A stretch of 64,000 bases of DNA from Prorocentrum cordatum (lineage: Eukaryota): contig CAUYUJ010000203.1 in NCBI GenBank assembly GCA_963575745.1, positions 248,001 to 312,000 of the forward strand. Reading direction: 5' to 3'. Of the stretch, positions 10,451-23,110 are shown piece by piece. Under the pieces are notes generated by a model that saw only the letters and a program-made list of their open reading frames with translations, searched no databases and had not been told where the DNA came from. The translations under genes were made by a program, and so were the position numbers. How positions within the stretch are numbered: position 1 is the stretch's first letter; every line of letters starts with the position of its first letter.

Positions 10451-11189
10451 GAGCTTACATCAGGTTCGAGCATTCTCTTTGTTCACATCCTAGAGGTCAT
10501 GTGTTAGGGCGATGTCGGACCGTCAGGGCGTAACACTTACGGTGGCTCGCGGTGTTGAAGTCCCAGGAACGACGTTCTGGCACGATTCAGGACCGTCAAT
10601 ACGCAACTGTAGCGGTGATTTGCGGCGTTGACATTCGAGGGACGGTGTTCTGGCACAGCTTAGGAGTTTCAAACGGCTGTCTTCAAACGGGACACCTTCC
10701 TCAGTAAAAATGAACCCTCGCAGGAGCCCATGAAGAGGGAGTTTGGAGGGAGGGCTTATGGCAATGCCATTGATGAGTCTTGCGTTTGCATTTGTGTTCC
10801 TCCTCCTCCCCGTTCTCGTCATCCCATCCGTCCTTCCCCCATCAGCCTCATCCTTCCTCCTCCGGGCTCCGCCCCCGCTCCTCCCTTCAGCTCCCCTCTC
10901 GTGCCGTAGCCTCTGCTGCTGCCTGCTCCCCCTCTGCCTCTTCTACCTCCTCGTCCTCCTCGTCATCCTCCTCGTCATCCTCCCCTTCCTGGTCCTCCTC
11001 CTTGGCCCCACGGCCGCGGCGCTTGATGAGCAGCAGCCCATGGCGTCCGCGGCGCAGTCCGCGGGCTAATGTGGGGGCGACGGCCTTGCAACGCGTTGGC
11101 GCTGAGACAGGACGTGGCAGCGCTGCGGGGCAGTCGCGTTGAAGAAGGAGGAGGAGACAGCGCCCCAAGATGACACTTCCAAACCTCAA

Positions 11190-11390
11190 CTGAATCATGT
11201 CGCAAAATCGGATCGGATCGGCAACGGATCAGATCGCCAACGAACCGTCCCGAATCGAATAGAAATCGCTCCGTCGCGCTGGGCTCCAACTGGCTCTGGC
11301 CGATACCACGGGATAGAGCCGCATCGAATCGAATCGAATCGGAATCGCGGCCCCAGCCTGCGACTCGAATCGCATCGAACCGGATCGGAG
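11190..11390. repeat. GAATC/GGATC pentamer-rich minisatellite
   Basis: Repeated ATCGA/ATCGG/GAATC words. Confidence 0.7.
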
Positions 11391-14223
11391 GCGGCCCTGA
11401 CTTCTTGACATTATTGTACTTGGTATATGCAGATCCTCATCATCTCCATTACCCCCTCCAAGACCTGGTGAGCATAGACTCTGCGCCCTTGCGGGCTTTG
11501 CATATTGTTTTATGTTTCTCTGTTGCCCTAACTACCGGGACGGGCAGGCGGACGGGGGCGGAGGATGCCAGCAAGAGGACGGGAGGAGGCATCAGAGGAG
11601 GCATCAGAGGAGGAGGAGGAGGAGGAGGAGGAGGAGGAGCAGGAGGAGGAGGAGGAGGAGGAGGAGGGCGGGGGCGAGGGCGGGGGGCAGAAGGCTCAGG
11701 ACAGGCACGGCCCCTCGGAGGCCAGGCGAGAAGCCCTCCGTGCGGGCACTGCCCTGGGCGAAATTGGGGCACTTGCTTGGGAACCTCGCTCGGGGATCTT
11801 TCACCGGGATCCTCGATACAAGCGACGAATGTAACTGTCACGCAGCCTCGTCTCTATCAGGAGGGTGTAGTCGCCGAAACTGTGCCCGAAAATCGGGCCG
11901 TTGTGGCCAGAACTGGCGCCCGAGTTGCCCCGACCGTTCCCGAAGGTGACCGAAACGTTTGGTGCTAGCCGATACGCTTTCCAATGTCAGTCACAAGCTC
12001 GGTCGCACTAATTCTTCGGTCACAATTTCGGGTATGTTATCGGTCACATACTTGTTTCGGTCACACGCACACGCACTCACCTGTTTGGCTGAGAGGGGCC
12101 AGGCGCCATGAGGAACTGCTTTCCTCGAGAAGACATAACGCCCTTACGCCGCGGCTTACGCGGGTCGCCAGCGTGGCACAGCGCGTGGAGAAAGAGGGCG
12201 CTTACGCGCGGCCTTGCGCAAGGAGCTTACGCGCGAGAGTCCCCGCACAGGTTTCCAATTCGGGCGCCGTCTTCTACTAGTTTCTGGGAGCCTTCTCCTT
12301 GTCAGTGCCAAGCCATGTTCCAGAAACAACTGTTTAACATATTGCAAAAGGTACCGCCCAGCCGTGTCCCGGGCCCACTGCGCGGCACGTGCTCCCTGGA
12401 GGCGCGGCCGCACGACGCACGGGAGGCCGCGGCGCAGGCTCAATGCCTCCCCACGTCGCGACGAGGACGAGCACGGGATGTGCCGTGTCTGAGTGTCGAC
12501 CAACGCTGGGATCGAGTCAGTGCTACCGTCTGCCCGTATCTCATAAGGAGGCGCGAGAAGGATGCAATGGCCTTGGACACCCATTTCGAAGCTTTTCGAG
12601 CGGGGTGCGGCCAACGAAAGTGGCCAAGGATGGACCGAGGAGGTAAGGATGCAAGGGTACCCTTGGGAACATCTGCTCATCCTTGCTGTGCGGGTCGACA
12701 GTAGCCGACGCTGATCTACGCGACACCGGCGCTATCTCCTCGATTGTCGATTGCCTGCCCTCCGCGGCCTCGCCCCTCGCACTGCACCTCCGGCCCCTCG
12801 CCGCCTCGCCTCGCCCTCCCCGCGGCGCCTGGCGCGCACGCTAGGAGCCGCGGCTGGCCACCGCGGCCTCCCCGCGCGTCGGCAGCTCACCGCCGCGCTC
12901 CGCGGCGCCCGCCGCCTCCCGCGTCCGAGCTCTGCGGCCGCGCGGGGCCGAGGCCGCCCAGCGCGGCGCCCCTCCTCGGCGAGCGGCGTGTTCACGCCCT
13001 GCCTCGTCCTCCGCGGACTCGCCGAGGCGCGAGCTCGAGAGGCTGCCCGCCACAGCCCCCGCGCGCGCCTGCCTCGCATGGCGCCCCAAGCCCGAGCCGT
13101 GCCCTCTTCGGTGCGCGCGTCGGCGTGTCGGCCTCCGTGGCCGCGACGCGCCACGGTGTTGGCAGCGGCGTCGGCACGCGGGCGCAGCAGGTGTGCGGCT
13201 TCTCCTCGGGCTGCAGCTGCGCGCCCCCTCCTGGCCCAACCGCATGCGCGACGACTGGGCAGGCCACCAGGTACGGATGCCGCTGCTCCCCGGGCCTCCC
13301 CCGGAGTGCGCTCTGAATAGAAGTGCGAGGCAAATCCAGCGGTGGCGACGAGGGCCTCCCAGGAGTCTCAAAACAGGCAAAAACGAGGGAAGGGCAGGGG
13401 TATGGGTACTTTTTCCTCCGCTGAACGACGTCGTCGTCACGCAGCCGGCAGGCAGACCCTGGGAGAGGTTGCGGCAGGCAGAGGCTCAACAACCATCGGA
13501 GGGACATTTTCTGGCAGCGGCGAGGCCGAGCGCACAACGCGCTCTTGTGGCCGGCGGGGCCGCGCGGGGGCTGGGTGCACACCCTGCCAGAGGGGCACGG
13601 AGGCAGGACGAAATAAACAGAAACATTATCCTGGTTCGATCCTCCTCCTCCTCCTCCTCCTCCTCCTTCTCCTCCTGCCCAGGACGGTGCAGGCCAGGGC
13701 CTTTTTCCCGCTGCATGGCGACATGTCCGAGGAAGCCCAGAGACTACCCAAGATGCCCTGGAGAGTGTTCCCAAAGCTGCACCGAAGCTTGCTGCACTGA
13801 CCGAGGCAGGAAGAGGGGAAGGAGGGAGGAGGACCAGCACGATGCCGGAGCAGGAGGAGGAGGAGGAGGAGGAGGAGGAGGAGGAGGTAGGAGGGGGGGA
13901 GGAGGGGGAGGAGGGAGGAGGACCAGGGAGGTCGAAGGTAGGGAGGAAGGGGCAGGCACTCGGAGCAACGAGGGAGGAGAAATGAGGAGACAAATCAATG
14001 AGGAGACGCAGCAGGAGTAACGAGGAGGAGGCTAGGCGGCGACGGCTCTCGCCTCGTCCCCTTTGGCCGTGCAGGTCGCGCTTGCCTCCTCCTCCTCCTC
14101 CTCCTCCTCCTCCTTCTCCTCCTTCTCCTTCTCCTCCTCGTTTTCCTCCCCTCCGCAACCGAGGCAGGGGGGGAACAGAGGAGCAAGAAGTGGAGTCAGA
14201 GGAAGCATGCGGGAGGAGACTTG

Positions 14224-14273
<50 letters not shown>

Positions 14274-16331
14274 TCGTCGATGCCCGGCGGCGACGGCGCT
14301 CCGCTTTTGCCCCCGCCCCCTCGGCGGTGCGGCGGATCGCGCACCCGCCGCTCCCTCCGCGCCAGTCGCCCGCCCTGGGCGGGCGCGCGCGCCGCCCTGT
14401 GTGGGGCGCGCGGCGGCGAGCACTGCGGCCGCGCCCACTCCTCACCGGCGACGCCGGCAAGCGCTGCTTCTTGTCTCCTCCACCCTCCCCTGGCTGCTCC
14501 GCGCTCCCCCCCCCCCTCCCTGCTCCTGCTGCTCCTCCCTCCTCCTCCTCCTCCCGCTTCCTCCGCTGCCTCCTCCTTCTCCCGCCTCCTCCGCCGCCTC
14601 TCCCCCACCATGGTCGCCATCGCCTCGCGCTGCCGACTTCGACGGTCGCGCTGGGTCCGCTGTCTTCGCGATGCAGCTGGCCTGGCGACTGCCCTTTCCT
14701 CCTCCCATCTCCCCCTCCTTCCCTGTGGTCCTTTTCCTCATCCTCATGCTCGTCCTCCCCCTCTTCCTACTCCTCCACCACCTCGGGCTGCGGGGTCAGA
14801 GAGACATGATGTGCGATGCTATGGGATGGAACTCACTGCGGCAACGTCCAGTCCTCGGCAAACACCCGCCTATCCGCGAGCCTAGCCGGCCTGCCTGCGT
14901 GCGTGATGGGTGGCTTGCTCGCTCTCCGGCCTGGTCGCCTGCATGCTTGCTCGCGCGAGGTCGCAACGCGAGGAGACGTCGAGGAAGCTCGGCCTTCCGT
15001 GCTGTGGGTTTCCCACCCTGCGAGCCAGGCTCGCTACTCCTGCTCGCCTTCGCGATCTAGAATACCTCGCCATCGCAACAAGCCTGAGCGCAAGCCTCCA
15101 CCCGCGCTCCGCCTGGCGGCTGCCAGGGACCGCCGAGGGCTCCGTGGCTCTGCGAAAAAGCTGCCCGTTCTCACCCGCTCGCTGTGCTTTTTTGTGTCAC
15201 TTCGGGGCTTGTTGATTGATCGACTGACTGGCCAAACAATGCGGTTACTCTGCATGCACATGTTTCACTGGTTGGTCCACCCATGGGGACAATGGTGACG
15301 TGATTGATTGACCAAAAGGTCGTCATTAAACTTGTGATGTGTGATGGATCGGGGTAACGCCATCCGTGTCAAGTGGGTCTGCATGAGTCGGACTTGTGCA
15401 CAACCCTCCTGTGCTAGGCACTCGCTCTGGAACGAAGCTGCTCCCGTCCTCCGGGCTTCTCTGCTCCCCTCCTCCTCGCTCCCTCCTTGACGGTTGCTCC
15501 ATGCCCTCCCTAGAGACACAACAAGACGCATAAACATACACTTTCGACGGTTCGCGCGGATGCCAGGGAAGGAGGTCCAGCGCAGATCCAGGAAATCCGA
15601 GCGGACCGTCAACAGTTTATGTTTGTAGCGTAGTTTCTTCTTCGACTCCCTGGATGCCGCCAACTGCGCAACGGTCGCCACCTTCGGGAGCTCCCAGGAG
15701 GCCCAACAGAAGTCCAACGGAGCTGTCCTGTGGCCAGACGCGCGGGGGGCGCGCTGCCTGGGCTCCCAGAGAGCGGCGATGGGGCCCACCCACGCGAGCC
15801 GCTCGGCGACCGCGGCCCTGCCGACCGCAGGGGAGGGGAAGTACAGTAGGAGCTCGACGACCAGAAACCTTCCACAAGAAACCCAACCCTGAGACCCCAG
15901 GACGTGCATTGGTTTTTGGAGTGGGAACGTCACGCTTTCCATCGCAAAGCCATCGAAACCCACGAAACCCAGGGCAACCTGGAGGCAAACAGGGTGTTTC
16001 TTGGCACGGGTTTCCACTGTAGAGGAAAGATCGCCAATGGGTGGCGACATCCGAGCCCTACACCCACCAACCGTCGATTCTCCCGAATCGATGGGAGGCG
16101 GGGATAGGGTTCGGATTCCGCCGCGTGCTCCACGGATTCCGCACCCTAACCCCTCGCCGCCCATGGGGTTGCCTGAGTCGTTGATCGGCGAGGGCAGGGT
16201 TCGGATTTCACCGCCGAGCGATGCACATACACCGACTCTGGCCAGGCCCATGCTTAGCACAGGGATCGGTGCATACGGCCCCTCCTTGAGGGGCAACGTC
16301 TTCCTCCTGCCTCTCCCCTTTGCACGCTTAC

Positions 16332-16503
16332 CCGCTGACGTATTGCAACCGCTGCCCACCGCTGCGAACTCGGTGGCCGCGTTCCGGCGCGCATGCACTG
16401 AGCGGTCCGATGTTTCTTTGACTTTGTCCGTGGCTTCCGCTGTTGCGCGTCTTCCTGCCGATGCGCCGTGCCAACGCGGCTTCTTCCACTTCCAGTTCTG
16501 GCT
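16332..16503 (-). CDS. Candidate exon of an unknown minus-strand gene
   Basis: Complex open stretch (SQNWKWKK...GSGCNTSA) bounded by CAG| and G|GTAAG. No homology recognised. Confidence 0.25.
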
Positions 16504-16689
16504 CTGGGCCCAGGAGGGCCCCCCGGGCCGAAGCTCGGTGCACGTGCACAGGCTCCCCTCGCCCCGAGGAGCCGGGGCGCCCTTCGCCCCCAGGGGGGCG
16601 GGCGCGGGGGCCGCTCCTGAGGCCTTGGATCGGGTGCGCCCGGGGGGATCGCGGGTCGCCGACGAGGACGAGGACGTCGAGGACGACGA

Positions 16690-16794
<105 letters not shown>

Positions 16795-17131
16795 TCCCGA
16801 CGACGACGACGACGACGGGGCGGGCCTTCTCGAAAGGTCCGCAGGGCCTCCAGCCTTCTGAGAAGTGCTCCAGGCCCTTTCCGACTACGCAGGAAGAGCT
16901 TCTCGGAGGGCCAGGGGGCCTCCTTAGAAGCCCCGCCGACGTCTGAGAAAGCCTCCTCCTCGTCACTGCCCCCCCCCCCCCCCCTCGCTCGCCGCCCGTC
17001 TCCGCCCTGAACCACAGCAGGAATCCCGAGGACTCTCGCCTCCTGGGGCCCTCCCCCAGGCCCCAGGACCAGGAGAGCACCGCTCGGGATGAGAGGCCTC
17101 GCCCCAAGAGAAAGCCCATGGGGTGCAGCAC

Positions 17132-17326
17132 CCGTTTCCCCTCCGGGCTCGTGCGCTTCAGGATCGGCATCTGCGCACCTCTGCCCCTCGGGCGCACCGA
17201 CAAGGCCCTGCCGCTCCTGCTCTCACGCCTCTCCTGCGCCCGCCTGCCACTCCTGCTCGGGCTTCTGCTCCTGCTCTCGGACCGTGACGAGCCGAGCTCT
17301 CGGTCGACATTGCTCTGGCTGAAGCT
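17132..17326 (-). CDS. Candidate RS-rich exon (65 codons)
   Basis: TAG|AGC...CGG|GT, phase 0-0, encoding SFSQSNVDRELGSSRSESRSRSPSRSGRRAQERRESRSGR...PILKRTSPEGKR. Confidence 0.35.
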
Positions 17327-17939
17327 CTACATTGCGAGCGACAGGAAAAGCCACTTCGGCAATGAATTCAGAGCGTCTGGCCCAGGCAGGGCCAAAGCAG
17401 TGAAACGTGACAGAGCGGCAGCGGTAGCACCGGGGGAAGAGAAGGAAGAGGCATGTAGAGGGAGGAGGGATGATGATGATCAACAGTATAAGGAAGACGA
17501 AAGGGTTATTATGCGGAAGTTTTCCGTTCGAAGCATACCATGCCATAAGTGACCAATGCCTCGCCTCCATCTGAGAGGAACAGCAAGGGAATCCTGCTGC
17601 TCCTCCTCCTCACCCTCCTCCGCCTGTTCCCCCCTCCTCCTTCTCCTCCGGCCATCCCCTCTTCCTCCTACCCGTCTCTCCATCCCCCTTCCTCTCCGAC
17701 TCCTCTCTCTTCTCACAGCATGAGCGAAGATGACCGGGGGGAAACCAACAGGAGCGAACGAGGAACGATGCGGACCCAGGGGGGGACCAAGAGGAGTGAG
17801 CGAGGGACCGAAATCATCGGATCACCCACGCCACGTGCGGCAAAAGGACACCAACGGTCTTCAACTTTGATCCTTTCTCTCGGCGGTGAATAGGACTGGT
17901 CCTGAGACCTCCTCCTTTTCGTGAGAGCGCTCCTGGGGC

Positions 17940-18137
<198 letters not shown>

Positions 18138-19838
18138 CCTCGTAGTCTGATTAACCCAAAAAGAACCCCCTAACCCTTTGGGATGGGGCCTAAGTTAGGA
18201 AAGCCAATAACATTAGGGATAGGGGGTCTGTTCTGCAAATGTATCAGATCAAACCGCCCAGATCGATCATCCCTTATGCGAAAACGGGGGCCACAGTGAG
18301 GCCACGTCTTCGTCGTGTTATTAGGGTGAGGGGTTTGTCTATCCTCGATGATAGTCGTACTCGCAACCGTAGTCGTAACTGTCGTGGTCGTTCTTGCGCG
18401 GCGGGTGCCGCGGAACAAAAATAATCAGTCACCCACTATTGGTGGGCCCCCAGTCCTTCGATGAGGCCGCCGAAAGAATCACCAGTCCCCCCCTACTGGG
18501 GAGGGGTCTGCAGACCTTGCGTGCCACGGGAAGGGGCTCCATCGTGGGGGCGGGGCAAGGCCTGGCTCTCCATGCCGGCACCGGGGGCGAGGCAGTATGG
18601 CGCCTCTCCTCTGAGTGCGCCGACGGGCCCCCACGCCCGGGGGCCACGTGTGCGACGCGGGTCCGCCGAGGTCAGTCCGGGTCGGTGCCGTCGCGCGCGG
18701 AGGGCAAGGATGAGGGGCACGGAGGAAGGGAGGGAGATGGGAAAGGGGGACCGCGAGGGAGAGGGGAAGCGGGAGAGGGAAGGAGAGGGGGGAGGAGGCT
18801 GGGAATGGAGTGGGAGGAGGGGGAGGGGAGGGAGGGAGGGGATGGGGGAGGGGGGTGTAGAGAAGGAGGTGGGGGGAGCGGAGGGAGAGAATCTGGATCC
18901 GCGATGGCTCCTGACATATTCCTGCGGCCCCCTCTTGCGGGCACCAGGCTCGAAAACTGATGGACTCGTGTACTGCTGCTGTCTCTCGTCTTCTCTCCCA
19001 TGACGGCTCCCTGGTGAGGCGAGCGGCAGATACGCAGCCCTTCGGATCTGGCTGTGCCCATTATCAGGGGCGCTGGGGCTATGTCCGAGCTACCTCTCAC
19101 AGGACACAGTGTGGAACCTGCAGGCGGCCCCACTCAGAGACAAGAAGCACTTGAGCACATGAACCGATTGTTGTTTGCTGTGGTTTTGCCCTTGCTCCTC
19201 CTCCTCCTCCTCCTCCTCCTCCTCTTTCTGTCGGATGTTGCCCCGCCCCTCCCGGCCCTGGGGGGGTGATCAAACGAATAACCCTGGCTCACCTTTTGGG
19301 CTTCTGGTGTGTCGAGCTGGTCCCCTGGAGGTCGCAGCAGAACCCAAAGAAGGGCCCCCGATCCCGCGATGGCCCCACGAGTCGCAGTCGTCCGCTTGGC
19401 TCAGCAAGCCCTCCATGAAGCTGCAAGACGCCCCCAAACATCGCACACGAGGCGACCGCGACGCATCAGTTCCTGGAACTGTGCCCCACACGAGACGTTT
19501 CGACACACGAAACCTTCGAAGATTGGGAAACACTGTCGACAGGACCACCTCGACAGGAACACGTCGACAGGCCACACGAGGCGTCCCACCTCCTGCTCCC
19601 ACACGAGGTGGGACGTCTCGCACTTCGACACAGGAAACCTTCGAAGATCGCACACGGGGCTCCCACACTTCTGTGGTAACTTATGGAGGCCTCCCATGCC
19701 ATCTTGCTGGCTCTTGCGTATCGACGCTAATCGGCCGCTCGATCGACGCTACATGTGCGCTTTCTCATCGATGGCCAGACGCTTCGGCACGCCAATGCAC
19801 TGTGGAGACGGAATTTCTAACATTAGCCTGACGAAAGA

Positions 19839-21359
19839 CACAACCTTATGCAACTGCGAGTGCCGCATTGTGGGTACAACTTTCGGTGGAGCTCCTTATG
19901 GGGCCACGACCCGTGTGAGGGGCGTGTCGAATTGGGCGCGGTGCTGTCATGCGAACCCTCCCACTGGAGCCTTCGGTGGAGTATCCTCGGGGGCCACGAA
20001 ACGTGTGAGGGGGTGTACCGAATTGGGCGCGGTGGTGCCATGCGAACTCTCCCACTGGAGCCTTCGGTGGAACTCCTTATATTATGGGGTGCGCCGAAAT
20101 GACGGTGGAACTGCATGCGAACTCTGCCATTGGGGCCTTCGGTGGAGCTCCCTATGGGGCCACGAACCGTATGAGGAATGCGCCCGAAATGAAGGTGGAA
20201 CTGCATGCGAACCCTGCCAAGAATCCTTCGGTGGAACTCCCTAAGGGGCCACGAACCGTGTGAGAGGGGCACAGACATGGGGGCGGAACTGCATGCGAAC
20301 CCTGCCGCCGGGGCCTTCGGAGGAGCTCCCCATGGGGCCACGAACCTTGTGAGGGGTGCGCCGAAACGAAGGTGGAACTGCATGCGGACCCTGCCTCTGG
20401 GGCCTTCGATGGAGCTCGCTAGGGCCACGAACCGTGTGAAGGGTGCGCCGAAATGAATGTGGAACTGCATGCGACCCCTGCCACTGGGGGCTTGAGGGTG
20501 GAACTGCATGCGGACCCTGCCACTGGGGCATTCGATGGAGCCCCCCACGGGGCCACGAAGCGTGTGAGGGGTGCGCCGAAATGAGGGTAGAACTGCATGA
20601 GGACCCTGCCACTGAGGCATTCGATGGAGCCCCCCATGGGGCCATGAAGCGTGTGATGGGTGTGCCGAAATGGGGGTGGAACCGCATGCGACCCTGCCTC
20701 TGGGGCCTTCGGTGGGGCCCTCTGTGGGGCCACGAAGCGTGTGAGCGCTGCGCCGGAAAGGACATGGAACCGCCATGCGGACCCTGCCAATGGCGCCTAG
20801 CTCCCCATGGGGCCACGAAGCGTGTGAGGGGTGTAACGTGTGAGGCGTGTGCCGAAATGGGGGTGGAACCGCATGTGGACCCTGCCACTGGCGCCTTCGG
20901 TGGGGCCCCGTATGCCGAAATGGGGGTGGAACCGAATGCGGACCCTGCCACTGGGGCCTTCGGTGGGGCCCTCTGTGGGGCCACGAAACGCATGAGGTGT
21001 GTGCCCAAATCGGGTGGAAACGCATGCGGACCCTGCCGCTAGGGCCTTCGGTGGGAACGCATGTTGGGGCCACGAAACGTGTGAGGGGTGTGCCGAAATG
21101 GGGATGGAACCGCATGCGTGCCCTGCCACTGGGGCCTTCGGTGAGGCTCCCTGTGGGGCCACGAAACGTGTGAGGGGTGTGCCAAAATGGGCACGGAACC
21201 GCATGCGGACCCCGCCACTGGGGCATTCGGTGAAGCTCCCTGTGGGGTCACGACGGAGGAGGGAGGGAAGGAGTAAGGAAGGAGGGAGGGGAGGAGGGAG
21301 GGAGGGAACGCGGGGACCGTCTCTTCAAAATGGGGACGCAACACCACAGGATGGTTGGG
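19839..21359 (+). mobile_element. Second, inverted copy of the 3512-4098 element with ~15 copies of the 88-89 bp unit
   Basis: GGGGCCACGAAACGTGTGAGGGG array. The end CAACACCACAGGATGGTTGGG matches the reverse complement of 3512-3532, and 19839-19889 aligns with the reverse complement of 4048-4098. Confidence 0.8.
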
Positions 21360-21639
21360 ACCAAAACATGAGGCCCACATGAGTTGCCGCGGGACCAAGC
21401 TATCCTCGGCAAGCGCCCCAAGGCCCCCGCGACTGCCATGACGGCCCTGCTCACGAGCGACGAGCCTATCCACATTCACGCCCTCGCGGTATGGATTCCA
21501 GGGCCCGATCCCGCGGATACGCAGCCTCACGGATACGTTCCTCGCAGAGCACCCGCGGCAAAACGCCACACATCCGCGGGGTCGAGGCACAAGGGCCCAG
21601 CCCGCGAGGCCGCGGATGCGGATGCAATGTGTCTCGCCC

Positions 21640-21900
21640 ACGACCTGCAGCGCACAATTGAGCAGGGGCCGACCATCCCGGCATCCCGATAGGCCTACCA
21701 CGCAATGTCTGTAGAACTGAAAAACAAGTTCGAATAAATATGAAGCACTGTCCTTAGAACATAAGCCCGCTGTATGACAACAAAACGATCGCAACCAGAA
21801 ATGTTCTAAGAACATCCCGTGCAAAGCCACAACAGATTCTTAGAACACTCTCTGGTGGGTCTATAGGCAAACCAAGACGCTCCGCCACTGCTTGACACAG
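21640..21900 (+). repeat. Dispersed repeat, also at ~56520-56850
   Basis: Shared CCAGAAATGTTCTAAG and GACGCTYCGCYACTGCTTGAC blocks. Confidence 0.65.
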
Positions 21901-22109
21901 CAGGAGTGGGCGGGCGGCGGGGCGTTCCGCCGCCACCTGCCGGCCTCCATGGTCTGCCCCTCCGTGCCTGTCCTCCTCCCCCCCCTACCGCATGTCTTCC
22001 CAGTGTCTTCGCCATATGATCGTAATCTGAAACGCCTAAAGCCTGTAGGCCCCGGGTGGCTCCAAAACGGCCCTCCCGGAAAGGCCCGGTCGGCCCACGA
22101 CCCGGCCCT

Positions 22110-23110
22110 TCCGAAAGGAGCCCATCCGGCGCGCCGAATGGACTCCATCGAGCGCGCGGCGTGGGAGGTGCCCACAAGCCGATCAACAAAAAAAAAGATG
22201 GAGACCATCCGGCGCCGCATGGACTCCCGAGATTAGAGCCCATCCGGCGACAAAGGAGTCCATCTGGCGTAAAACAGAGTCCATCAGGCGAACCGATAGA
22301 GTCCATCCGGCGGCGTTAGAGTCCATCCGGCGCCAAATTAGAATCCATCCGGCGGCATTAGAGCCCATCCGGCTGGCAAAATGACCATCATAGCATCCGA
22401 GTCCATTCGGCGGATAGCCCCGTTGTGCGCGCTGCTTGCACATCCCCTCGACCCCTCGACCCCGCGCCCCATGCCCCCAAGACCAATGCCACCCGCGACC
22501 TTCTCACCCCGCCACCCCGCGACCCTATCCCGCGACCACAAGTCCTCAAGACCCCGCGACCCCACCGCTCACCACATCACCGCCATGTCACCCCGCCGCC
22601 CCACGAACCCGCGACCTCACGCCACTGCCCCGAGACCCCGCTGCTCCGCAACCCCGCAGTCCCACCGCCCCGCCACGCCACCGCCTCAGCGGATCCTCAG
22701 GATCCCTCTCCCTAGGAAAATCCTGGGGATTATTGAGGATCCCTAGCGAATCCAAGGGGGGGCCCACGGATCTTTCGGGATCCTTAGCGAAACCCTGAGG
22801 GAACCTTGGGGATCCGTGGGGATGTTTCGCTGTTCTCGAAGGAAAGCCTTAGGATCCTTTGGGATCTTTAGCGCGCCCCCCAAGAACACCGTAAAGATCT
22901 AGGGATCCTCAGCGGTCCCGAGGGAAACCTGGGGATCCTTGGGGATCCTCAGCGGATCCTTAAGGAAGCCTGGAACCCCTTAGCGGATCCCCCGAAGGAT
23001 ATTTCGGGATTCTGAGCGGCACCCTCGAAAACCCCGAAGGACCCTTGGGGATCCTTCGCGGATTCCCACAGGGAAGCCGTAGGAATCCTTGCGGATCCTG
23101 GGCGGTGTCC
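22110..23110. repeat. Compound minisatellite block: GAGYCCATCCGGCG units, CCCCGCGA units, GGATCC-rich tract
   Basis: Three adjacent degenerate arrays at ~22110-22420, 22430-22690 and 22690-23110. Confidence 0.8.

Noticed and set aside
19823..21226. 467-aa ORF, and a CRISPR-like appearance of the 88-bp array
   Set aside because: The units are wholly repeated with no unique spacers, the period is not a multiple of 3, and there are no cas genes.
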